This document shows, in pieces, positions 8,034 through 16,338 of a stretch of 64,000 nucleotides of DNA; the stretch's first letter is position 1; each line of letters opens with the position of its first letter. Under the pieces are notes generated by a model that worked only from the letters and a program-made list of their open reading frames with translations, was not told the DNA's origin and did no database searches. The position numbers and the translations under genes are program-made. The stretch is from an uncultured Dehalococcoidales bacterium (GTDB lineage: Bacteria > Chloroflexota > Dehalococcoidia > Dehalococcoidales > G020351185): contig CAYGXW010000002.1 of NCBI GenBank assembly GCA_964354125.1, forward strand, positions 2,690-66,689. Reading direction: 5' to 3'.

Positions 8034-9890
8034 TTACCTGATTTCTATAGCACCAAGTTTACAGACATCATAACATGTCCCACACTTGGTGCATTTATCC
8101 TGGTCTAGAATGACTGGTTTTCCTTTACCGACAAAGGTCATGGCTCCTGCGGGGCAAGCCTTTATGCATAGCTTACATCCGGGGCACTTTTCAGGAATGA
8201 TAACATAGGTGATTAATGCCTTGCAGACGCCTGCCGGACAGTTTTTATCCCTTATATGAGCCTGATATTCATCTCTAAAGTAGCCAATGGTAGTCAGGAC
8301 AGGGTTGGGGGCGGTGTTACCCAAGGCACACAGGGAACTATCTTTGATTGCCGACGACAACTGCTCTAGTAGTTCCATATCACCATCCTCTCCCCTGCCC
8401 TCAGTAATGTTGGATAAAATCTCTCGCATCCTTTTTAATCCTTCACGACAGGGGATACACTTACCACAGGATTCTTCCTCAAGGAAAGAGATAAAATACT
8501 TGGCTATATCCACCATGCAGTTATCCTCATCCATAACAATCATGCCACCGGAGCCCATCATTGAGCCAGCCTTATCAAGTTCATCAAAATCTACTGGCAG
8601 GTCAATTAAACTTTCCGGGATACAACCTCCTGAAGGACCGCCTGTCTGTACAGCTTTAAACTTCTTACCTCCGGGGATACCACCACCTATATCATAAATA
8701 ATTTCCCGCAATGTTATTCCCATAGGCACTTCTACCAAGCCTGTATTGTTAATCTTGCCCACCAGAGAAAATATCTTGGTTCCCTTGCTGTTAGCAGTGC
8801 CTATCTTAGCGTACCAGTCAGCACCCTTATTGATTATAAGCGGTATATTCGCCCAGGTCTCTACATTATTAAGATTGGTCGGCTTATCCCACAGACCTTT
8901 CTCAGAGGTATGAACATACTTCGCCCTAGGTTCACCTACCTTTCCTTCCAGCGAAGCCATAAGTGCTGTTGATTCACCACAGACAAAAGCCCCGCCTCCC
9001 CTGTTTGTTCTGATGGTCAGGTCAAAACCGGAACCCAGAATGTTTTTACCCAGAAGCCCATACTCTTCGGCTTGTTTAATGGCAATCTCTGTATTTCTTA
9101 CCGCTAGTGGATATTCATTACGAATATAAATAAAGCCTTCGTAAGCTCCGATAGCATAGGCTCCGATGAGCATCCCTTCTAGAACGCTATGAGGATTTCC
9201 TTCTATCAGACTTCTATCCATATAGGCGCCGGGGTCTCCTTCATCAGCATTGCATATAACATACTTGGTATCACCCTGCGCCGAACGGCAGCTTCCCCAC
9301 TTGATTCCAGTGGGAAAACCACCACCACCACGTCCCCTCAACCCAGATTTCATAACCTCATCAATTACCTTTTCTGGAGACATCTTATAAAGTGCCTTGC
9401 TCAGAGCAGAATAGCCACCAACGGCAAGATAGTCATCAATTATAGTAGGGTCAATAAATCCGTTATTACCGAAGACAATACGCTCCTGCTTCTGGTAGAA
9501 CGGCACTTCATTCTCATAGATGACACTCTTACCTGCAGTTGTGTCAGTATAGAGTAATCGATCAATAATCTTACCCTTAGCAATAGTCTCTGAAATTATC
9601 TCGGGAACATCCTCTTCTTTTATACGCTGGTAGAAAATATTCTGCGGTCTGATAACTACCATTGGGCCCCTCTCACAAAAGCCGTGGCAACCTGTGGTTC
9701 TAATATCTATGTTAGCTTCTAAACCCTGTCTTTTAATCTCTTGCTTAAAATCAGAGACTATCTTTTCACAGCCAAAGGCATGGCAGCCGGTCCCACCGCA
9801 TATTGTTATGCATGGTTTACAAGCGTCCCTGCTTCTGATTATTGATTCCCTTTTCGCTTCTAACTCATCCGGAGAGCTTAACCTTCTCAA
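8034..9890 (-). CDS. NuoF/HydB-like NAD(H)- and FMN-binding flavoprotein subunit with thioredoxin-like 2Fe-2S N-domain and C-terminal 2x[4Fe-4S]
   Basis: 618 aa. Contains GRGGGGFPTGIKW (FMN/NADH motif), the SLBB/4Fe-4S motif ESCGKCIPCREG, and a C-terminal pair of ferredoxin motifs. Confidence 0.9.
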   Translation of the reverse strand: MRRLSSPDELEAKRESIIRSRDACKPCITICGGTGCHAFGCEKIVSDFKQEIKRQGLEANIDIRTTGCHGFCERGPMVVIRPQNIFYQRIKEEDVPEIISETIAKGKIIDRLLYTDTTAGKSVIYENEVPFYQKQERIVFGNNGFIDPTIIDDYLAVGGYSALSKALYKMSPEKVIDEVMKSGLRGRGGGGFPTGIKWGSCRSAQGDTKYVICNADEGDPGAYMDRSLIEGNPHSVLEGMLIGAYAIGAYEGFIYIRNEYPLAVRNTEIAIKQAEEYGLLGKNILGSGFDLTIRTNRGGGAFVCGESTALMASLEGKVGEPRAKYVHTSEKGLWDKPTNLNNVETWANIPLIINKGADWYAKIGTANSKGTKIFSLVGKINNTGLVEVPMGITLREIIYDIGGGIPGGKKFKAVQTGGPSGGCIPESLIDLPVDFDELDKAGSMMGSGGMIVMDEDNCMVDIAKYFISFLEEESCGKCIPCREGLKRMREILSNITEGRGEDGDMELLEQLSSAIKDSSLCALGNTAPNPVLTTIGYFRDEYQAHIRDKNCPAGVCKALITYVIIPEKCPGCKLCIKACPAGAMTFVGKGKPVILDQDKCTKCGTCYDVCKLGAIEIR

Positions 9891-9908
9891 TGCTCTTTCC
9901 TTTTTATA

Positions 9909-10379
9909 TTAATCGTAGCTCTCTAACAGGGGTTGAACCTTATCGGTCTTCATTTGCCCGGAATATTCCTCATCAACTATGACTATAGGACCCAGGGCAC
10001 AGGCGCCAACACAGTTGACCGTCTCCAGGGTATATTTCAAGTCCTTGGTTGTTTCACCGGGGATAATTCCCAGCTCCTGCTCAATCCTATCCAGTATTTT
10101 AATAGCACCCCTAACATGGCAGGCGGTACCAAGGCAAACATGAATTAAGTGCCGACCCCTTGGCTTAAGACTGAAAGCCCTGAAAAAGGTGACTACACTA
10201 TATACCTGGCTAAGAGGCACACCTAAACACTGGCTAACTCTTAAAATGACATCCCTGGGCAGGTAATTAAACTCAGCCTGAATGTCCTGTAAGATTGATA
10301 CCAGCAGTCCCTTCTCATGATGGTGCTTGTCCAGTATTTCAGCTATCTTTGCCTCTATCTTTTTAGTTTCTATTGTCAT
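9909..10379 (-). CDS. NuoE/HydC-like 2Fe-2S subunit
   Basis: About 156 aa from the ATG at 10379. Has the thioredoxin-like 2Fe-2S pattern ([10 protein letters not shown] ... [11 protein letters not shown]). Overlaps the porB 3' end by 17 nt. Confidence 0.85.
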   Translation of the reverse strand: MTIETKKIEAKIAEILDKHHHEKGLLVSILQDIQAEFNYLPRDVILRVSQCLGVPLSQVYSVVTFFRAFSLKPRGRHLIHVCLGTACHVRGAIKILDRIEQELGIIPGETTKDLKYTLETVNCVGACALGPIVIVDEEYSGQMKTDKVQPLLESYD

Positions 10380-11295
10380 GTGCCTTCTCCACAAGCCTGT
10401 TGTATTGCTCTGCCACCTTCTGCTGAATCTGAGCTATTATCTCCTGGGATAGGTGGCGGAACCTGCCCTGTAGCTTGATATAATCTGCAATCGGCTTTAT
10501 CTTCGGCGGCTTAAGGCTCATTCTATAGCTGCCACTCTCAACCTCATATAGTGGGAATACCCCGGTTTCCACCGCCAGACGACCTATCCTGATAGTCAGG
10601 TCAGCCGGGCACCTCCAGCCGGTGGGACAAACAGAAAAAATATGAATATAAGCCGGGCCTTTTACCTCAAGACCCCTTTTTACCTTCTCCATCAGGTCAA
10701 AGGGATAGCTGGGGCAGGCAGTGGCGACATAGGGTATATTATGGGCAACAGCAATGGCGGGCATATCCTTCTTCCAGGAGAACTGCCCTATACTTACCTT
10801 ACCCGACGGGGAGGTAGTGGTGGAGGCACCGAAGGGGGTAGCTGAGGACCTTTGGATTCCGGTATTCATATAAGCTTCATTGTCAAAGCAGAGATAAAGA
10901 AAGTTATGTCCCCTCTCCATCGCTCCAGATAATGCCTGGAGACCTATATCAACAGTGCCACCATCACCGGCTATGGCGACTATCTTCGTCCCTTTATCTG
11001 GTATCAGCCCCTTACGAATCATGGCTTTTAAGCCAGCCTCAATACCAGAAGCCACGGCGGCGGTATTTTCAAACAGGGTATGAATCCAAGGAACACGCCA
11101 GGAGGTATAGGGAATCTGAGAGGCTATAATTTCAATACAGCCAGTGGCATTAGCAACAATCACGTTTCGCCCCATCGCTTTGCAGGCTAACCTGACGGCT
11201 AAGGCTTCGCCACAACCGATACAGGCTCTGTGCCCCGGGGCAAAGTTTTCCTCCTTAGTTATCAGCCGGGGTACAAAAATGGTATAGTTCTGCAT
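10363..11295 (-). CDS. porB: pyruvate:ferredoxin (2-oxoacid) oxidoreductase beta subunit (TPP-binding)
   Basis: 310 aa with [11 protein letters not shown] and GDGGTVDIG motifs. ATG overlaps the porA stop (TAATG). Confidence 0.9.
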   Translation of the reverse strand: MQNYTIFVPRLITKEENFAPGHRACIGCGEALAVRLACKAMGRNVIVANATGCIEIIASQIPYTSWRVPWIHTLFENTAAVASGIEAGLKAMIRKGLIPDKGTKIVAIAGDGGTVDIGLQALSGAMERGHNFLYLCFDNEAYMNTGIQRSSATPFGASTTTSPSGKVSIGQFSWKKDMPAIAVAHNIPYVATACPSYPFDLMEKVKRGLEVKGPAYIHIFSVCPTGWRCPADLTIRIGRLAVETGVFPLYEVESGSYRMSLKPPKIKPIADYIKLQGRFRHLSQEIIAQIQQKVAEQYNRLVEKAHDNRN

Positions 11296-12470
11296 TATTC
11301 TCTCACCCCGAAAATCTCAAACTCATTCCTACTTCCAGTTTTGGCAATTTCTATACCCTTATTAACTATCTCCTCAAAGTCGGCAATAGTAATATCCCGG
11401 CCGCCTAAACCACCGACAAAGCTTACTATCCTGGGCTTATTTTTCTCGTTATACAGGGCTGACTTAATCTCAGAGCAAACCGGTCCCCCAGGACCACCGA
11501 AGGAAAGGGCTCTATCCAGTACAATAAGTACCTCAGTATTTTTAACCGCCTGGCGAAATTCTTCAAAGGGGAAAGGACGCCACAAGCGAAGCTTCAAAAG
11601 CCCTATATTCATATTATGCTCACGCATGTTGTCTATAGCCGTCATAGCCGTTTCACTGAAGCTACCCATAGTCAACAGCATTATTTTGGCATCCTCACTG
11701 CGATAGCACTCAACCGGATGATAGTGGCGCTTGAAGATGCTACCAAACTCCTGCCAGATTTTTAAGATTGTCTTTTTAGACTGCCTTAGATTTATTTCCT
11801 GTGCCCACTTAGCCTCGGTATAGATAACAGGTGGACCAAAGTCTCCCATGGTTACCGGTCTATCCGAGTCCAATGGTAAGGGGTAATTATTAGCCGGCAG
11901 GAAAGCGTCAACCTCTCCCTGCTCAGGTAGCAACATAGGCTCAATAACATGTGACAGGTGAAACCCATCCAGGTGAACCATTACTGGTAGAAGGATGTTT
12001 TTATCTTCAGCGATACGAAAAGCGCATAGGGTATTATCAATAACCTCTTGGCCGTTCTCGTTGAATATTTGAATCCAGCCCGTGTCCCGGCAAGACATGG
12101 CGTCAGAATGGTCTCCCCAGACACTTAATGGTGACGATAATGCCCGGTTAGCCACCGTCATAACTACCGGTAGCCTCATATATGAGGCAACATACAGCAC
12201 TTCGTGCATCAACTCCAGCCCCTGCCCGGCGGTAGCCGTGAATGTCCGCGCTCCAGCCGCCGCCGCTCCCAGGCAGGCGCTCATAGCTGAATGCTCTGAT
12301 TCAACCGGTATATACTCGGCATCCAGTTCACCATCGGCTACCAGTTCAGCAATATGCTCAACAATGTGTGTCTGGGGGGTAATGGGGTAAGCGGCGACCA
12401 CATCAACATTGGCCATCTTAACTATTTCGCCAATAGCTACCGAAACCTCCAAGCCTACCCGTTGCGCCAT
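11295..12470 (-). CDS. porA: pyruvate:ferredoxin oxidoreductase alpha subunit
   Basis: 391 aa from [15 protein letters not shown]. The ATG overlaps the porD stop (TAATG). The ORF-track extension to 12533 is inside porD. Confidence 0.9.
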   Translation of the reverse strand: MAQRVGLEVSVAIGEIVKMANVDVVAAYPITPQTHIVEHIAELVADGELDAEYIPVESEHSAMSACLGAAAAGARTFTATAGQGLELMHEVLYVASYMRLPVVMTVANRALSSPLSVWGDHSDAMSCRDTGWIQIFNENGQEVIDNTLCAFRIAEDKNILLPVMVHLDGFHLSHVIEPMLLPEQGEVDAFLPANNYPLPLDSDRPVTMGDFGPPVIYTEAKWAQEINLRQSKKTILKIWQEFGSIFKRHYHPVECYRSEDAKIMLLTMGSFSETAMTAIDNMREHNMNIGLLKLRLWRPFPFEEFRQAVKNTEVLIVLDRALSFGGPGGPVCSEIKSALYNEKNKPRIVSFVGGLGGRDITIADFEEIVNKGIEIAKTGSRNEFEIFGVRE

Positions 12471-12763
12471 TATTCCTCCTCCTCCTTCATGGTTATCACC
12501 CATGTCGGGCACTCCCGAGCACAGATACCGCATCCCTTACAGTAATAAAGGTCAGCCTCAAAATATCCTTTAGCGTTTTGCCAGACACACCCCTCAGGGC
12601 AAAATATCTGGCAAATGCCACATTTTAGGCACCTATCAAAATCATAGACCGGTTTTTGCGAGCGCCAGTCGCCGGTTTTATACTGGCTGGCATTACCTGG
12701 TTCAGTTACAATAGCGCCAATCTCTAGGTCTTTCCAGGTTAATTCATCCTCCCGTTTGGTCAA
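12470..12763 (-). CDS. porD: pyruvate:ferredoxin oxidoreductase delta subunit (2x[4Fe-4S])
   Basis: 97 aa with CLKCGICQIFCPEGC and CKGCGICARECP. The TTG start directly follows the porG stop. Confidence 0.88.
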   Translation of the reverse strand: MTKREDELTWKDLEIGAIVTEPGNASQYKTGDWRSQKPVYDFDRCLKCGICQIFCPEGCVWQNAKGYFEADLYYCKGCGICARECPTWVITMKEEEE

Positions 12764-13336
12764 TCAATTCTTCTCCTCTATCAATGTTTCCTGGTAAGCC
12801 CTTTTCATAGCATTGATATTTTTTTCGGCTAAGCGTTCAAAACGCTTTTTCAGAGGCTCAATCAAGGATTCTAGTTTTATAATGCCTGTTGCCTTAACTA
12901 AAGCTCCAATCATGGTGGTATTAACGATAGGAACTCCCAGTATTTCATGGGCGATACCGGTGGCATCAATCATGGCTATTTTCCACTTAGTCCCAAACTT
13001 TGCTTTTATATCCTCAAACGAAGCACGGGTGTTAACTACCAGCACACCCCCCTCTTTTAGCCCTGAAGCAACATCTATAATGTTAAGCAGGCTTGGGTCA
13101 AGCACCATGACAATATCCGGTCTGGTAACTCCGGCTCGTATCCGAATGGGTTTTTGGTCATCTATTCTGACGAAGGCTTGTACCGGGGCTCCCCTCCGCT
13201 CAGGGCCGAAGCTGGGGAATGCCTGGGCAAATTTACCTTCATAAATTGCCGCCTGAGCCAGTAGTTCAGCCGAGGTAACGGCACCCTGGCCACCACGACC
13301 GTGTATCCTGATTCCGATGGGCTCTTGGGTTTCCAT
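12764..13336 (-). CDS. porG: pyruvate:ferredoxin oxidoreductase gamma subunit
   Basis: 190 aa from METQEPIGIRIHGRGGQG. The ORF-track N-terminal extension (to 13414) runs through tRNA-Arg and is rejected. Confidence 0.88.
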   Translation of the reverse strand: METQEPIGIRIHGRGGQGAVTSAELLAQAAIYEGKFAQAFPSFGPERRGAPVQAFVRIDDQKPIRIRAGVTRPDIVMVLDPSLLNIIDVASGLKEGGVLVVNTRASFEDIKAKFGTKWKIAMIDATGIAHEILGVPIVNTTMIGALVKATGIIKLESLIEPLKKRFERLAEKNINAMKRAYQETLIEEKN

Positions 13337-13356
13337 TATAAGACCTTTAACTAATA

Positions 13357-13429
13357 TGCCCCTGGAGCGACTTGAACGCTCGCACCCAGCTCCGGAGGCT
13401 GGTGCTCTATCCACCTGAGCTACAGGGGC
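13357..13429 (-). tRNA. tRNA-Arg (anticodon CCG)
   Basis: Acceptor GCCCCTG/CAGGGGC, anticodon stem CCAGC/GCTGG with loop CTCCGGA, T-arm GAGCG-TTCAAGT-CGCTC. No encoded CCA. Confidence 0.9.
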
Positions 13430-13438
13430 TAACAGATA

Positions 13439-13467
13439 ATTTTACCCTATAGCCCACGATTAAGCAA
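13439..13467 (-). promoter_or_regulatory. sigma70-like promoter for tRNA-Arg (and probably the por operon)
   Basis: Minus strand reads TTGCTT-N17-TAAAAT. The tRNA 5' end lies 9 nt downstream of the -10 box. Confidence 0.4.
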
Positions 13468-13492
13468 GAATTTAACGCTTATCAAAGCGCCG

Positions 13493-13639
13493 TCACAGGT
13501 ACTTCTCCAGTCTTGTCTTTGCCTCGCTGGTAGTAAGACCGGAGCTTATAGTTGACAGATATTTAAAAGACTCATCTACAGTCAGCTGGAACCACTCAGC
13601 CTCGTTGTTTGATGCAGATGCAACCTTTTTGTTCTTCAT
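13493..13639 (-). pseudogene. N-terminal fragment (48 codons) of a P-type cation-transporting ATPase
   Basis: MKNKKVASASNNEAEWFQLTVDESFKYLSTISSGLTTSEAKTRLEKYL* matches the Cation_ATPase_N pattern (W..L...E....L.T...GL...EA..RL..YG.N) and stops where YGPN is expected. Confidence 0.65.
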
Positions 13640-13833
13640 CTGACCTCTCTTTATAAAAAAGAAAAACCTGGTAATTATATCAAAAATTAGGCAGAAAATA
13701 AAAATATTTCATGCCATTTTGATATCCTTGATTTTTAGTCAGACTAACAGAGACTTTCCTGAGGATTAACTAGTTAAATGACTATAATGGGGTAAAACTG
13801 CAAAGCGGGTATCGTTTTGGATGAATATGATAT

Positions 13834-14157
13834 TTATTGTGGATAGTCAAAGGTTCTGGTAATACCATTAACATCCACGATATAGGTCTCACCCCTGGTA
13901 AAATCACTGCCCAGATTAATGTTCTTCTCAAAGTAGCTATATACCTGGGCACAAATAGCATCCTTAGGACGCTCGGTGGTAACCTCAATATATATAGTGT
14001 TTCCACTACGCTGTGTTTCTATATCATGGAAGGTTGTGCAGGAATCAGCCAGCCCACCCTTAATATAGACGATTATCTGCTCAGGATATGATTCGGCAAC
14101 GCTTATCTGAACATCGTGTATGGGTGCTGGTATTCTCGGCGGTGTCGGCTTTACCAT
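13834..14157 (-). CDS. secreted/lipoprotein-type beta-domain protein, apparently lacking its signal peptide (possible 5'-truncated gene)
   Basis: The conserved-looking part starts at PAPIHDVQISVAESYPEQIIVYIKGGLADSCTTF...CAQ...YIVDVNG. Sequence upstream of about 14127 is antisense to an NhaA fragment. Confidence 0.4.
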   Translation of the reverse strand: MVKPTPPRIPAPIHDVQISVAESYPEQIIVYIKGGLADSCTTFHDIETQRSGNTIYIEVTTERPKDAICAQVYSYFEKNINLGSDFTRGETYIVDVNGITRTFDYPQ

Positions 14158-14314
14158 GTCTATCTTTATCACCCATCTCGCTTTTGATGATGCCAATACA
14201 ATTGCCCTGGCCAAGCTCTTCATAGTTATTTGTTCACTATCTATGGGGACGGCTGGAGTAGCCTATCTCTGGCGTGTCAGTAGTAAAAATCAGGGTGTAT
14301 CGGTATCATCGTAG
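14120..14314 (+). pseudogene. C-terminal ~60-codon fragment of Na+/H+ antiporter NhaA
   Basis: GILGGVGFTMSIFITHLAFDD...AKLFIVICSLSMGTAGVAYLW resembles the last two TM helices of NhaA (GIGFTMSIFIASLAF...AKLGIL.GS..SA..GY). The frame is closed by a TGA at 14108. Confidence 0.7.
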
Positions 14315-14339
14315 TGGTTTTTAGGTTATAATCTATTAT

Positions 14340-14430
14340 GGAGAGGTGTCCGAGTGGTTCATGGTGCCGCTCTCGAAAAGCGGTCTCCGCATTTAGCGGA
14401 GCGTGGGTTCGAATCCCACCCTCTCCGCCA
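14340..14430 (+). tRNA. tRNA-Ser (anticodon CGA), long variable arm, CCA encoded
   Basis: Acceptor GGAGAGG/CCTCTCC, anticodon stem CCGCT/AGCGG with loop CTCGAAA, variable arm TCTCCGC..GCGGAG, T-arm GTGGG-TTCGAAT-CCCAC. Confidence 0.9.
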
Positions 14431-14459
14431 ACTGAAAATATATAGTATAGGGGGCTAAA

Positions 14460-16036
14460 ATGCGTAAATTTAGGTTCTCAGATAATGCAGTATTTTACTT
14501 GGTAAACAGATATATACACCTCTTCGAGCTATCACTGAGTTATGTGCTAATTCATATGATGCAGATGCGGAAAATGTAAATATTATTTATGATCTAAACA
14601 CCCAGACATTAAAAATCTCAGATGATGGGAACGGAATGAACGAGGATAGCTTAGAAGAACTAATAGAATTATGTGAGTCACCCAAAATAACACAAGACGG
14701 AATAATAAAGGTATCTGAAAAGAAAAAGAGGAAATATCTTGGTTGTTTCGGTATCGGAATCATTTCTTTTCTTACATTAGGACCAAAACTAACTATATTC
14801 TCTAAAAAAGAGAGTTCAAAGGGAGTAAGCGTTATCCTAGAATGTAAGGGGCAAAAAGTTGAGTTTGATGATGTTCGTGAATGGCACCCTAGTTTTGATC
14901 ATAGTAAACAACATGGCACAATACTACAAATTGAGGGAATTTCATCAAAATTACAAAATGTTCTTAGCATTACAAACCTAACACCAAAACTAGCTACATT
15001 ACCCCTCGCTAATGATTTTAAAATATTTTTTGGGCTAGAAAGCATTTTAGAGAAGAAGGAGAATTATGAAGATAAAACTAGATTCGAAATAACACCAGTG
15101 AATATACCAATTGAGGGGCTTGATGTAGAGCTAAATGGAAAAATATATGTACGAAAGCCTGAAAGTGGTAGATTCCCCCCTATTAATCCAGAAGACAGGG
15201 GGATTTATGTCAGAGTTAATGGTAGGATAATAGAAAAAAATATACTAACAGAGTTCGAAAATGAGTTAGTGGATTTCAGGTCTTTATATGCTAGATTGAG
15301 AGGAGTTATTGATGGCGATATTTTCGCGAATGATTTACTTGCAACAAGGGCGGATTTCTCTTTTGGAGAAACATATCTACCTCAAATAATTCAAAAACTC
15401 AAACCACAAGTGCAAAAGGCAATAAATAACTTTCTAGAAGGTAGAGCATCAATTATAGAAGAGGAGAGAGCACAAAAAAGGCAAGCACGTATTGATGAAG
15501 CTCAAGCGAAATTAGAAAACACAAACAATTATTGCGAAAGGCTTAATATTAACTTTAAATTTGCACCACAAAATGAGGCTGAAACTATAATTCTAGCTAG
15601 CCAGTGTGTGCAAAAGAAAATTCTTGACTTTGATATTATAAATCAGAAATATAATGATCAATATGACTGGGTAGTCCTCTGGGACAAGAAAAAGCATGAA
15701 CGAGCCAATTATCTAGTAATGCTAGAAGTCGAACACTTGTTAGAAAATTTCTTTAAGCATGGTCATAATCTAAGTGAGATTTTTGATATTCTATGTTGGG
15801 ACTACCATGAAAATGCTGTAAAACGAGAGGCTGATAAGTATAAATCAGATAGGAAAAATGTTACTAATGTTGCACTCGTTGACCCAGAATCTAAAAGATT
15901 TTCAAAGACTAAACACCAAAAAGAAATACTATATTGCTATATAGATCCAGATTCACCTGACGATAAGGAGATAACCCATCATATTCGTGTATATTGCTTA
16001 AGGAAAATTATAGAAGCTTCGGCCGATAAAATTTAG
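14460..16036 (+). pseudogene. GHKL (HATPase_c_3, MORC/Hsp90-like) ATPase with an uncharacterised C-terminal domain, interrupted by a frameshift near 14500
   Basis: RBS AGGGGG plus ATG at 14460 gives MRKFRFSDNAVFYL. In the -1 frame the sequence continues GKQIYTPLRAITELCANSYDADAENV (N box), ISDDGNGM (G1) and GCFGIGIIS (G2). The ORF track only calls 14636..16036, which lacks the N box. Confidence 0.7.
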
Positions 16037-16062
16037 AGTAAGATTCAAGGAAATCAAGTAAC

Positions 16063-16151
<89 letters not shown>

Positions 16152-16204
16152 CTCTATTTTTGAGTGGGAACCTGTGGATTAGAAGAGGCTTGAATAAAAA
16201 CATA

Positions 16205-16286
16205 AAGGAGTTTAAGAGGAGCATTAGCCCCTCTTTTTCTATCTCCCCCTCTCCTTTTAAGGAGAGGGGGATTAAGGGGGTGAGGT
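16205..16286 (+). repeat. structured intergenic repeat, copy A (two hairpins plus GGGGGTGAGGT tail)
   Basis: AAGAGG..CCTCTT hairpin, a perfect 10-bp hairpin CCCCCTCTCC-TTTTAA-GGAGAGGGGG (16245-16270), then ATTAAGGGGGTGAGGT. Homologous to copies at 23682 and 24785. Confidence 0.6.
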
Positions 16287-16338
16287 TGATAACCACTTAA
16301 TTGTCTTAAACAAACCTCTATGCTAGAATGAAATCGCC

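Noticed and set aside
12764-13414. Long N-terminal extensions offered by the ORF track: porG to 13414, porA to 12533, xerC from 19418, acsE from 44270, efp from 21541, queH to 60700, LigD-PE to 6903, the ABC ATPase to 52732 and the methyltransferase from 57345.
   Set aside because: The extensions overlap a tRNA or the upstream gene and add non-homologous residues. Internal starts with SD sequences and family-typical N-termini are available in each case.
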